NCBI RefSeq assembly: GCF_022045235.1
Contig: NW_027266343.1
Location: forward strand, 49,600,001-49,664,000
Length of the DNA stretch: 64,000 nucleotides
Direction of reading: 5' to 3'
From: Haliotis cracherodii
Taxonomy: Eukaryota
Made by a program: the position numbers and the translations under genes. Below the pieces are notes generated by a model that saw only the letters and a program-made list of their open reading frames with translations, was not told the DNA's origin and ran no database searches. Below, in pieces: positions 35,038 to 48,809 of the stretch (the first letter of the stretch is position 1; every line of letters starts with the position of its first letter).

Positions 35038-38000
35038 TATATCTACTAGGAGTAACTTTTAGTATTGATAAGATTTAATGTTTGGCGCACAACTAAGATA
35101 TTTTGTTGTAATCGCTCCAGCTTGATAAATGTGTAAGAATCTACATAGAAACATCTCTAAGTGCAAGAAACCAGCAGTTGTTATTGATAAAGTTGTTCCT
35201 TTCCTCATTTAGCCAGACATTAAGTTAACAGAATGGAAGTAAATACATTATGATCAAACTTTCTTTTCTGTGGCACAAAGATTTTACATCAAAGTGGAAG
35301 TAACAAAATCTGCTCCAAGTAATGATGATACAGAATTACTGCAATTCTGACTTAAGTAATCGGGTTGCTTCAATAGTTACACACAAAAACAAACTAAAAG
35401 CTTGCTACACAGAAAGAAAAATAATATATCGCAAACAGCGCAAATGACCACTTCAGAAATAAATACAATAAGTTTGCAAATGCATTCTCATTATTTCAAT
35501 GAAAGGAAATTTTGATGAATTGTAAGATGTCTTTAAAGAGAGAAAGCAGGTCAGTGCTGACTACTGCAGGAGAAAGCATGTCTGGATCAGTTTGCACATC
35601 TGCCTGCCTTGGCCTGTGCAGCTCAACCCATTTTCCACAGTACAGTTGGCTCCATAAGCAGACTAATTTCCTAATTACACTCCGGAGAGACAATGACAGG
35701 ATGGCGGCAGGAAGTATTTGTCTGCCAAATGCTAACATTAATCCTGCTATCGGGTAATCAAACATCAGCACGCATTCCATCACAACAACCAGCCATCCAA
35801 CATGCCTACATTCACTAAAACCCCATACATTTAATTTTGTCTAACAAAGGTCTGACTCGCCGTGCTTTTATTCTGATTTTCAAAGACAAAGGCTTTGAAA
35901 TTTCATCTGAAGTCTTCCCTTAGGTAATAAATGATCCCATTCTTGGTGTTTAATGAGAAAAGGGAACAAATAAAGGCTGATCGCTGCCAATCTGTATTGA
36001 TCCTCCACACAATTATTTAATATAGAGGAAGTGCCTAGCAGTAACTGTAGTAGCGGAGTGATGAAGTCTTGTTACAGATAGGACATATGTGGATTGTAAT
36101 GCAGTAAGCAACAGGGGATGGTGGGGAACATCATCGCCCCATCATAAAGACTAACCATCATCGCCAGCTTCTCATTGGCTGCGGGGGAGCAATATCACCA
36201 AATTGAAGGTAATGACAAATACTAAAGATCAAACCCATTTTCACTTGATCGATGGAGTATGGGAGAGAACCGAGAGAAGAGTTCACACAGAAACAGACGC
36301 CGACTGCGGTGTGTTCACGTACAAACCCGCAGGACATTTGCTGATATTTCTCACTTCAATGTACACTGAATGATTCCCAATTGATGCAACTTCCAGAATG
36401 TGCCCAATTGCTCCTCCCTTTCATCTGTACCATTAGATGAACTGCAACTGTAGCTGAAATCGTTTTTAATGTGGAACCTTTAGCCACGTTAATACCTTCA
36501 TCTACCAGCTATAGAGAGTAAGAGATGAGTTTTTGTCAGTGTCGTGGATGTTCTGCCATGCATGGGTATTGATCCGATCCGTCACTTGGGGTGATACAAC
36601 TTGAAAGGGACATCAGTCGGAGAGGTGACCTCAGGCTGCTTGTGACCCCTCACTCCTGGCAATCAGAACTGCTCAGAGCGCTTCACTGCATGGCTGGCTA
36701 TAGGCAAGGCGGGAAATCTGGTGTCAGCTAACGACAAACAGAGGACGTCTGCCAACCTTTACTCACTTGACTGAGGCTGTCATTCACACAACGGGAAACA
36801 GACACCTTTGATCGCAATTAATGACTTCATATTGTGTGATTGAGTTCATCTTCCACCACTGTGACATGTGGGTAACCCACGCCTGTGGAACTGTGGCCTA
36901 GCAACAGATTACAGCTCATGTGATGTAACAACTCTTGTGATATCCAAGCAGCTCAAAGTGTCATGGACTAAAACATCAGGCAGAATCTGGAAGGCAGTTT
37001 CCTTGAGAAGAACTCTTCAAAACTAAACATTTCCTCAATGGAAGAGACAAAAGAAAGGCATGTTCGACATTTTTGACACATAAACCTGTAGAGGCCCATT
37101 AAAGGATGGTACTTGCTGAAGAACTCTAATCGGCACTTCAACATTCTGGCAAGTTCTTAATTGGACAAAGTGAGGATAGTAATTGCCACAACCTGGAAAG
37201 CTAGGTCTGAGTCATATTCTGACTGTGACAAGTGGACCTAATCTGACCTCCTCTGTTGCCCTGCACACCGCGATCTGGGGAATTAAAGACTGGTATTGAT
37301 TGTCTGACCACTGTCCAACATTATCTGAGACGGTGCTGAAACTCAGAATTGAGAGGCACTTTTCTTGCCTTCAAACTGTCTGAATCTGATGCTATGACAG
37401 CTTTATAAATTGTGGAGAAAGCCCCCTTACAGGTAAGAATTATATGTGACACAAAGCTTTCTGGAAAATATCAAACACTCAATTACACCAAACTTATCTA
37501 ATTGTGGCTCTGCTTGTAAACACCACTGTCTCATCAATTATTCAGTCATATGTCATTAACCTAACTGGCACTGATTATCCGAGCACATGTGATATGGTGA
37601 TGTGATCAGTGCCAGGTCTTCACAAGATGTCCACGATGCCAATGTTCTTGACGACAGGACATATTTAAAAAACTTGAACATGTAGATGTACCATTTTTAA
37701 AGCTGTAGCTCAAATATTTGCGACCCACTCATTAAAACCAGATGCAAGGCAAGATAATATATTATTTTGAACCATGAGCATAATAATTTTGGGGAAAAAC
37801 ACCTTGTAACACTTGGAACAATGTCAATTTTGTGGCAGACAATTTCCTATTTTAAACATCCGGAAGCATAAGTATTGTTTTCACAAATTTTCTGGGACAA
37901 TTAATTTTTTTTCATAAAATCACAGGGCACCCCATCCCAACACAACCAATCCCATTTCAAATAGTCAGTCCCTAAGACTTTAAATAATCTAAACAGAATA

Positions 38001-38551
38001 TCCTTTAGAATATGTACAAACCTCCAATTACTATTTTGTTCAACTTGTAGACAGTTGTCTTACAAAGTGATAATTTTTATAAACTTTTCAACAACATACC
38101 AAAAGTACTGAAACATATAAAAAACATGTTCATCTTTAAAATAGACATTAGTTGCAGGTTGAAGTTGTTTCAGTTATTGATTGCCTCCAAGAATACACGG
38201 AAAAAAGACCACCATACCTCCATTAATCAGTGATGATTTAGCTCCCTTTATCCAATTACCATAGGCGTACACATGCTATGCCTCTTTCCCTCTCAACTTG
38301 TCATCTGACAGACAGAGTCTACATTGTTAGTGCTGAACAAGCATTGCTCACAGCTGTTTCGTAATGGAGGACTCACAGGACACAACACATGCCCTCAGTC
38401 TATTAGATTAAGTATTCCAGACTGTAACCTTCTCCATGCATTGCAATGACATGGAACTGTGTCATCTCACTTAAATTTCACATGGCTTGAATTGTGAACT
38501 ACCATGGCACGAGAGTATCTTCAAAAGCACTCTGACATTCTCCAACATTGA

Positions 38552-38826
38552 GTGAGTGAGTTGTGTTTAACGCCGCTTTTAACAGTATTCGAGTTATATC
38601 ATGGCGTGTCAGCTTCATGCGGGAGGAAAGCCCAAAGTGATGCAGGTCTCAGATGCTTACCACTTCGGTGAAACCCAAAAGCGCAGGTATGGTGCTGACA
38701 AACCTAGAAACATAATCGGGACGAACCAGGATTCAAATCCACAATCATATGTTTCTGGCGTGCCCAAGGGATGCAACTCTGCACAACGAATCGTGGCGCC
38801 TTAGATTACTGGGCCACCCGTGCCCG
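38552..38826 (-). mobile_element. SINE family C, full length
   Basis: Collinear with 24304-24580; TSD CTCCAACATTGA / CTCCAACACTGA. Confidence 0.92.
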
Positions 38827-39234
38827 CCTCCAACACTGACAGTAATATCAGATCTATGGAAGGCAAGGCCAACACAGACACTTGCCAGAACTTCTAGAGA
38901 CGTCATTCAATACTTTTAATTCTATATATAACATATACCATATCTAGGCATGCATTTTTTCAATTCATTCAAAGTAATAGAAATTTGTATAGATCATAAT
39001 TTTATATTTTATTTACAATGAAGTTAAGGGATAAAATGCTAATACTGTTTAAATTGTATTATGTGAAATATTTTTACCATAATATTGACATATGTATTTA
39101 ATTGGAAGAAGTCCTTGTCCCTGTCATGAAAGGCTACTTCTGTCACAAATTATGTAAAAAATTAATCTCATTTGTATAATTTCTATTTTTCTAATCCATC
39201 CAAGATAGAGCGGTGCCGCAAATGAGAATAAAGT

Positions 39235-39390
39235 CAGCGTTAGAAATTGGCACTAGTCCTGTAGTCCTTACCAAACTGCCCAATAGTACAGGTATCCTAA
39301 GGACTAGTAGAAATTGGCCCATTTTAAGGGTTTTGCTATATGTTATCATTATAAGGACTAGTGGACAAAAACTGTTAGTTTCTAACCCTG
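39235..39390. mobile_element. MITE family M3
   Basis: CAGCGTTAGAAA ... TTTCTAACCCTG. Confidence 0.82.
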
Positions 39391-40477
39391 AAAGTTATAC
39401 TCATTGTATTTGAATATGATTGTGATTTTTGACACCTGTCAGTCAAAATGAACTGTAATATGTACAGTGTCAACCAATTCACATCCCATGTCTTAAGATG
39501 AAGTATGTCCAATGGTATGTCCTATCTAATCAGTGCTGGAAGTTAAGCATGAAAGTCAAGAGGTCCCTGTCATTACTCTAATGTTAGATTCAGGGGTCCT
39601 TAAACTAAATCTGGACAGCAGAAAGTTTAAATCAGGATCTCGGTCCCTCCTAATTTCTGCCACAGCTAATAATTTAAGATGTCTAACGAGATCAGTCTGT
39701 GATTGAAGACTTTGGCCTTTGGCATCAAATTAAAGATGTCAGTTGTATAATTTTTGGTATCAATGTGCTACTAGTAACTGTCATAAGAAAGCCTCTCACA
39801 ACATATATTAACGCAATCTATAGCAACATTCTGAAAGATGCAGCTTAAAATCATAGACTAAACTTCAAACAGGAAAATACACAGTGTCATATAAAACAAA
39901 AAAATGAAATAAAGCCCATTTTATGACAGGCTGCATATTGGACAAACTTTCTTTAAACTACAACATCCCTGGATTGTAACCTTGTTTCTTGATGTCCTAA
40001 CCCTGTATGATGCCATCAATGGAATATCACTACACACTACAATATGTATGTTTGTTCATAAGCTTGAAAGGGAGGTGAGGGGAAATGGGGTTCAACGTCG
40101 TGTTCAAGAATTGTTAACAGTTTACCTGAAAACACTGTAATGTTAAAACATTTTTCCCATTTCATGTAATTGTGTTGTTCAAACACCTAAAGTCATCAGG
40201 CTACAGAGACAATGATGTGCACAGAAATGAGACCACATCAGGTCATGTATGTGGATAGAGAACGCAAAGTTGGGTGTCAATGTTACTGATGAGCCTTCTA
40301 CATCTCTGAATAACAATTCATATAAGAACACAGGAAGTGGCAACCTGAGTGATATGGCATTTGGACCCAAATGACAAAAAGAAATACGTTCTTCTTACTG
40401 AAATACTTAATTATAGTGTCAAGTGGACATCCCCACCCACTGAAGGTTAAAACTTGAAAAATGTGGACCACCATTGT

Positions 40478-41240
40478 AAAATATAGTGCTACGGCACTGT
40501 AGCTCACCTGGATATGAAGTCAGTTTGATATATCAATGAAGACAGGTTGATACTTAAATATTCAAACATATGTTGAATCTCACAACAAACTAAACAAATA
40601 CTAAAGTTTGTACAAAAATGGCCAAGTAATGGCCATAAATAGCTTTTTCAATATGGCTGCCATGGAGGGAAAATCGGATTCAAACCTCTTGAGCTCATTA
40701 AGCTTTCATAATTATTGGGAAAAATCATGTGAAGGTTGACCTTTATTGGAAGTTGGATTCTGGGGAGATAATGTCTACATTGCAAGGGAATGCATGCTGA
40801 AATAATTTTGGAGTATGGTCAAATAAAGATCAAAATGCAAAATATAGTGAAAATCAGACCAGCCCCATTACTATCTACACCTGTACCAAATCTCATAACA
40901 TTTTGAAAGAAAAGGTTGAGTGATGGCCGTAAGAAGATTCAGCTTTCAGTATGGTGTGTTTGAACCTCAAAGGTCAGATCAAGGCCACAATTTACGATAT
41001 AAAAACATCGCAAAACGGAACATATCATTACATGTTAAGCCAAATAACTAGCTACATATGTACCAAATTTCATGATATCTTGTAAATAAATAACCAAGTC
41101 ATGGCCATCAATGGGCTTTTCAATATGGCAGCCATACTGAAAAACAGATTCAAACCTCTTGGTGGGAACAAGTATGTGATATCTCAGCTTCGCTGGTTCA
41201 GTGGTTTCCGATAAGACTAACTTCAGACAGGTGAGCTAAA
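40478..41240. mobile_element. Older HINE/Helentron-type element
   Basis: Hairpin AGTGC-TACG-GCACT followed by sub-terminal IR TAGCTCACCTG (40500) / CAGGTGAGCTA (41228); degenerate internal repeats (TTTTCAATATGGC.GCCAT, GATTCAAACCTCTTG, GTACCAAAT.TCAT). Confidence 0.65.
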
Positions 41241-42013
41241 AGCCGTGGATCTGCCTCTGTACAGGTAAATGATATTCATACAATTCAAATGAATTAACTT
41301 TCATAGGCCATTTAAAGTTTTTGCAAGCATCCAACTAACTTTGTTAAAAATAATACAATCTATGTTTATGTTTTTGTGAATGTAAATGAATAATTAATGA
41401 AGGCCATTCTGAGAAGTAGATCAAATTGAGAGCTGCTTGTGAGTTGCCATAGAAACATGACCTGAGAAGGCGAGGGTTATTACTAAAGGGGGGTCCTCTG
41501 GCATTCACTAGATGGCTAGATTGCTAGATGCACTGCTTGGGAGACAGTCCCAATCACATTAATCACTTGACCATCAGATCAAATATTCAAGCATGCACAT
41601 GGCCCAGATCACACGTCATGTATCCATGGTACAATGGAAGATTGCATCAGGTGAACAGAGGTAGGACATTGTTTCTGTTATGTTTCTGTCTTGTTTTATA
41701 CATTTTCTCAACCAATTTGACCAGATGCTTGAGGTCAATTTAAAAAAAACAAACAGTCTTGTATAAATTATTGCCTTATTTTGAATCTGAATTTTGAAAC
41801 TATTGATAACAAGAACACATTTTACATTCACTGTATCAAATGCTCTTGGATAACAGATATACCATTTTTTTATTCACAATTAAAAGCTCCAAAATGCAAA
41901 TTCCAAATTGCATCTTTTTTAATAGTTTTGTTACTGTATCTAAGTTCTTATCCTCATTACTGAAAACTCAACCAGGACCAACATAGGTAATTGTAACGTC
42001 ATGTCTGCAGAGA

Positions 42014-42221
42014 CCCTGCGAAGATCCGGGTTAGAAGTGGTCTTCAGAAACCCATGCTTGCTGACTTGGTTAATGCATGTAATTGAATCCCAATAGCGTA
42101 GATCGATGCTCATGATGTCAATCAGTGGAATGTCTGGTCCAGGCTCGATTATTTACAGACCGCTGTCATATAGCTGGAACATTGCTAAGTGCAGCGTTAA
42201 ACAACAAATGACCAAACAAAC
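42014..42221 (+). mobile_element. SINE-like family D, internally deleted
   Basis: GAAGATCCGGGTTAGAAGTGGTCTTCAGAAACCCATGCTTG ... GCTGGAACATTGCT ... GCGTTAAAC, with a (AAAC)n tail. Confidence 0.8.
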
Positions 42222-42431
42222 AGGGCTCCAGAAAAGTTTCTCAGCCAGTGAATATTTACTCACATGTCATCATTCACATTAGGTGTTTCACGGTTTTCTC
42301 CAAGTATTGAATATATTTTTAGTCCCTTGGGTCCAGTCTATTAGGTATTTTTGAATCAATTAGAAGACATTCTAAAAATAATTCTGCTTAAATGCTGTTT
42401 CAGCTATATCATTAAATCGATAAATGTCCTG

Positions 42432-42943
42432 TTGGCTTAAAAACAATAAAAAAATGGTTCTCAGGCAATGGTTTTTGAAAATATAGTATGGGCGGGTGGT
42501 GTTCAAACTAGTGAGTGTGTGAGTATGGTTTTACGCCACTTTAAGCAATATTCCAGCAATATCACGGCGGGGGACACCAGAAATGGGCTTCACACAATGT
42601 ACCCATGTCGGGAATCGAACCTGGATCTTCGGTGTGACGAGTGAGCGCTTTAACCATGAGGTTATCTGACTGCCCCTTGTTCAAACTAGTATGTAACCAA
42701 ATAAACAATTGTGTAACGGAATAAACAATTTTGTACAATTAACCTGGGAAAGTGCCTCCCTACATAAATGGATTCCTTGATGAGTAAAAACTGGACTATA
42801 GTATTTGACTACCGTTGGACCTGGAATATTTAAGGATTTTCTGGGTTGTTTTTTTAAAAATGGAAATAAAAACGAAACGTGCGGTGAAGTTTATGATGAT
42901 GTGGGCGGTGCCTGAGAGCCAAGACTATTATTTTTTTAGCCTA
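42432..42943. mobile_element. TIR element hosting a family B SINE
   Basis: GGCTTAAAAACAATA...GGTTCTCAGGCA versus TGCCTGAGAGCC...TATTATTTTTTTAGCC. Confidence 0.6.
42513..42677 (-). mobile_element. SINE family B
   Basis: B box GGTTCGATTCC on the minus strand; 13-bp TSD TGTTCAAACTAGT at 42500 and 42678. Confidence 0.92.
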
Positions 42944-43446
42944 ATATTAAAGTGAGACGTAGCCCTTTCGTACATTATTCACTGCAGTCAAGTTTATGTG
43001 TAGGTGATGCCTGTAATTGATCAGTACCAGTGAATAAAGATCTGTAAAGATAATCAGGTATGCAGTTTAAATAGAATACATTGGGTTATTACGAAAACAG
43101 TGTTGTCATGCAATTGTTTTTTATATTTTTCTTGCAAATTTGTACTAAAGCAACTGAAAACGATTGGGTTCTCATAATATTTTTCTGTCTGGAGCTCTGT
43201 AACATTGAAAGTGCCAAGTACAACGCAGTCAGTAGATAATCAAGTCTGGGCCAGCCACACATTGTAGGCATCCAATCAGAATCTTAGTTGGCTCTTTAAC
43301 TGACAAGATGATGCCAACCACTCATAAGCCCTAAGATGAAACAGACAGACAGATATATGATCCTCAATTCTGTCCAACGCCAACAATCCGACTTATACAC
43401 TGAGTTTCTCCCTATTCTTGTTGATTGTTATTGGCAATCTCTTTCA

Positions 43447-43947
43447 AATCAGATCTTAATGGTTGCTACCGCTACACAAAGACGTTTCAGATCATGTCAG
43501 AACGACCTTCCATCTGACCAATCAGAGCATCACTTACGAAGCCGTAAAAGTGAATGTCCAAAGGTGTTTTCTGAACGGGCAACCTTAAAAAGATTATCAC
43601 AAGGTATTCCAAATCAAATCATAATCTATCTCCTACTTCAATGGGATAAACATTTGAAATGGAGGAGACTTTCCATAGGCCTTTGGAAGTACAGTCTTGG
43701 CCATCTATTTGACTTTTCATAATTTTCTTTTGTTCAGTTTTCAAATTATAAATTAAGAACACGGTCACAGAAGTGACCATTTTGAATCAGTGCTGTAAAG
43801 CTCGATAGAGCTGCTTTCTCATAGGCTAATGTTGACTTCCTGTTAGTAATTTCATCGGTCGGTCAAAGGATGTGAAAGGTCAGTCTGATGTGACCTGTAG
43901 TGGGATGTCCTCATGTCTTTGTATTACAGTAGAACTAAGATCTGATT
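43447..43947. mobile_element. MITE family M4
   Basis: AATCAGATCTTA / TAAGATCTGATT termini; shares GTCAGAACGACCTTCCATC.GACCAATCA with the 34008 copy. Confidence 0.8.
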
Positions 43948-46588
43948 ATAATGACAATGATTATGAGATAACCAAGCATTTATAGCAATGTCATTATTTT
44001 CTCAGGCCATGGCTTGGCCAGTTCAACTGGATGCAGCAAATTGACTCTTATGTGCATACATGTATGCATATTCAAATATTTTATCATAAGAACATACACT
44101 TTTCAAAGTTAATTCATAAACCATCGACAATGAATCAGGACAAAACATCAAAATTTAGAAATTCTTTTCTTCTTTCTGTTTCATCCTTGACTTAGTTTAG
44201 ACCAATCACTTCTCATTCATTTGGTGTACAGGATAAGTTGTTTTATTTTTACCTAAACACTATGGTAATATGCTTTTATGATTTTCTGTGATTTTATGAG
44301 CCAATTTCTATGTGTTATGTGTATGGTTGGGCTAACACTGAGGTGATTGTGGCTTTAATAGCATCAAGAACTGGCTATAATCTTTCTAAACTTCATCATT
44401 TACATATGCATCAAATAATACAAGATTCAACATCAACCACATGGTTCCTGACAAATGCTATATAGCTAAAACAACAAATAGCTACACACATAAAAAATAA
44501 TTTAAACTGTCCATAATTTTACCAATCAAATGACAGATGAATAAAATCAACCCAAACTTCAGTAATTATACCGCTGTAACATCTGACCACTTCCTCCAAA
44601 CTACTGATACGTCTCAGCCATGCTGACGCTGAAAGCTTTCATCCGCATCTCAAGTGCATTCCATTATTAACTTATGTTGAACTGCACTCGATGCCACACA
44701 GTAATCTCTACAAATAACAGACAAGATGCAACAGCAGCCAACACCTCTAACTCTGTTATGATAATAGGTGTCACATATAAACCTGATCAATATTCTTGAA
44801 AGTCTTTCAACTTTACAATCAATATAAACACTCCATAACCCATTAGTATATGATCAATATCACCCCATTACGTAGTTTACCCGTCACAAGTTATAATAAA
44901 TTTATACAACACATTTATTGACAAGGGAATATGTAGTAAAGGTGATGGAATGGCAATAAATCATTACACCAATTGAAACACAGGACACCAGTTCCTGCAC
45001 CAGAACCTTCAGACACGGTGTATATTTATAGCAAGCAATCCAACCCAAACTGAAAGGACATCTGAGCATTCTTGCAACACCAAAGGGCAACCATGGTCAT
45101 TTCAAGTGGCTATTTGCCATCTGATTGGTGGTTATCTGCACATCATCTTGTAATGAGATCTTCCCCTGAATTAGCTGCCATTAGTCCGATGACTTTCGTT
45201 CTTTATCACCTTCAAAATGTTTCTTCCAACATCAGATGAAGAAATTGCTGTGTAATTTTGATTGGTTGGCCCTGACAGATTCATTGAATCCTTTGAGATG
45301 TAGTAAGATTGGTGCTTCCCAAAAGATAACAGTATTATCAATGGTTCCCTGTCTCGGGAGCATCTACATGCCGGTGCAGCTTACCAAGTGACAAAGTCTC
45401 ACAACAACCGGCTTACTGCAAGCCATCTGATAGCGGAAATACAATTACATCATATTAAAGGATAAAGGGTCTTCCCAATACAATTATGTAACTTCAAGGG
45501 ATCTGATCAGACCATTGATGAAAAAGGAGAATCCTCTTGTAATCTGTCTGTCAATAGTTGTTGCGGCCCAGCCAGACACAGCGGAGAACGAGGTCACAGA
45601 CTCATACGAATATCTTCCAGTGTTACCACATATTCAATTATCACATTCAGACAAAAAAAACAGTAACACGCAAAATACACATTTTGAAACTGTACCTAGC
45701 GTTTGACTTAATGCGATATCTGCTACTTTTTCAATGACACAATCCTTAATTTGAGGTATGACCAAAATGATAAGGATGCCTTCAAATATCGTGATTTCGA
45801 TGTATCTATATATTTTTAACGTCAAATTTGTACCAAATTCAAATTTATGAATATCAAAACTAAATTAATAATTCACAACCACAGACACGTTTACATTTGT
45901 TGACATTACCATGGCTGAGATGGACAGAAAGAAGACAGAAAATTCAATTATAATATTTAATAGATCCACCTCGTTCATTATTAGCACTAGGTTGATTGAT
46001 TGCAGGTCAAAATAAGAAATTTTAATCTATGCATACAAAATAACTAATTTTGTTAGTAATTGATATATTGATATTTTGTGATACTTTTTAGTCAATATAT
46101 TGAGACTATTCCAACTAATGACGCTCCCAAATGTAATTGCCTGTATAACGTACCAGGGATTCAACCTCACTAAGTCAGAGGACACTAAGAGGGCATCAGT
46201 GTAGGATCAGGGGCAAAGTTGATTGTAGATGAGGAAACTAGTGGCTGCACTGTTAACCTCCACAATGGTTTACTCAAATACTGATATTTACATCTAAAAA
46301 CATATCAATAGAACACCTCTGAGCATCTCGGGTTTAATATGTTTAATTTTAATTGAAATCCATGAATACATGCATTGAAGTTCAGTATAAGCATAAAATA
46401 ATTTTACAAAAGCAACAAGTTGATAAATATGCAGAAGCTAACATGTTTACAAAAATAATGTAATCATGATATTAAAACTAAAACTTGAAATACCGGGTAC
46501 TACTTTTGTTATACAATATTGAAACAATTTGTGATGGATTATGTGCACATCGGTGCGCTCATGTTTGCATCAATATCGAAAACATTAA

Positions 46589-46743
46589 CAGTGATAGAAA
46601 CTAACAGATTTAGTCCACTAGTACTTATGATGATAACATATAGCAAATACTTAATAAGGTCAAATTTCTACTAGTCCTTATGATACCTTAACTATTGCGC
46701 AGTTTGGCAAGGACTACAGGACTAGTGCCAATTTCTAACACTG
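46589..46743. mobile_element. MITE family M3, reverse orientation
   Basis: CAGTGATAGAAA ... GGACTAGTGCCAATTTCTAACACTG. Confidence 0.82.
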
Positions 46744-48809
46744 ATCAAGGTTATGTTTCAGAGATGTGATACAAATTTTATTCCTCCAAAAATAGAACTT
46801 TGTTCCTAATTAATTATTCTTAGCAATATTTATTCTTAGAAAAAAGTTTCTTGAGAAACCAAACTGAACATCACAGCAGATCAAAGTTGGGCTCAGTCAG
46901 TTTTCAAGGTAGAATACAGTACCAACTATTTTCAAGGTGGAATACGGTACCAGTCAATTTTCAAATTCAAAGATGAACAAGCGGGAGAAATTACATAACA
47001 TTATATAAGACACTGCTAGCAAGCTGAGAGTGGTATGATGTTGTGTGCTGTATCTTGTGTCTCATGGGATTGCAGTATATCAGGACCCCAAAGAAATTTT
47101 TCACTGGTGAAAAGCCATTTGCTCCAAGTTAGGAAAACCCATTCTTCCCCTAACATGACAGCCCCAGCCATTAAAATGAGGAGTAGAGTACACACTGCAG
47201 GAGGAAGGAACCTGTTTGACAACTTGCCCGTGACAGAATGAAAGTTATTGGAATGGTAGAAAAACACTTGCAATCATCACATTTATCATCCGCAATCCAC
47301 AGATCATTTTGCCCTTGCCAAATGTTTCTCAACCCGACAGTTTAGATTTTGATGAAATAGGTTTTGTAACAATCGATATAGACAGAGTTTATAAAGCATC
47401 ACCATTGGGACTCAAGAGACCACTTTTTGAAACAATGTTTTCAAATAATATTGTCCGTGCATGTCATTCTCAATCCTACAATCAGTCAACACAGACATTA
47501 GGAATAGTTTTAGCCTGATTTTCAAAACGTGTTCTTGTCAACGTGATGATATTTCTATCTAAAAAGGGACATGTTTTTGTAGCATGCTTCACTCTCTGCT
47601 CCTCGTTGTTGAATCATGGGTCAAGATGAGAAACCAAACTGAACATCACAGCAGATCAAAGTTGGGCTCAGTCATATGTGACTTGACACATAACCATGGC
47701 TAAAATATTCGTAAAAACTTTGAAAGCCCATAAAAGTTTGAACAGCTCCCGAGGATTTACTCTTCTCATTTCAAATATGTTAACGTTTTTGCCCCTGTTA
47801 ACCTAATCTATTGACACTTTCCAAAGTTCGATCAAAATGTAAATGTGTCTGCAGTAAAAACAAGAGTAAAAGCACTCAGGCTAGGAATTCCCCATCACCA
47901 TTAGATAACTATCAGGTGATTGACTTGTCCCCATGTAAATTATCCATTCCTTCTGCCATGATTAATTCATGAACCGATAACACTATCATTAGCACCACCA
48001 AAGCAGAAAACTAGCAAATCGCCACGGTGAAAGCAGAAGCAGCGCTCCTTGTACCTGATTTAAGCTTATATCTTCATGCTTGTGTGAAGCAAGTGAAATC
48101 GGGGGCATAACTCTGTGCCAAATTGGATTCATTTCTCTTAATTTTCTTTGCAGTATACACCAACGATGCTGGGAATCTATTAGCCCTACAGGTTTTCCTG
48201 AACTGATGCTGAACGAGACACACATTGACACAATTGGACTCACACATGTGACAACTTAAGGAGAGCTACATCCAAATCAGATTCCCTGAAAATCAATATT
48301 CTTCAGAAAAATTCCCGTTGTATGATTGCCATTGGGAAAGATAGAGACCACTGCTTCCATTCTTCCATCAGGAACTCAGTGAGTAACACAGAGGAAAGTT
48401 TACAACCGGACAAGGGTGTCGTGCTACACAGGGAGTTTGATGCGTTGACCTATCAGTATAGCCTGCCCAGCTACTTGTGTGTGACAGATCCAGGACGGAC
48501 ACATTTGTAACACTGTCACCACGGAAGTACTAACATTGAGATATTGACTTTTATCAGGATCGGATTCTATAACTACTTATTCAGGTCAGTTCACATTAAA
48601 ACTGATCATTCTCACCAATAACATTTCCTAACTCTAGAATTTAATTATTGACATACAATTGGAATATATACTTGTATTCATCTGTTGGAAGGTTTGAAGT
48701 TATCATCTGTTAAAAGATTTGAAGTAACTTTATGCTGAGCCAGTGATTATATCAAACACAGATCACCACAATATTTCAAATTGTCATATGTGAAAAAAGA
48801 AGCGGCTAT

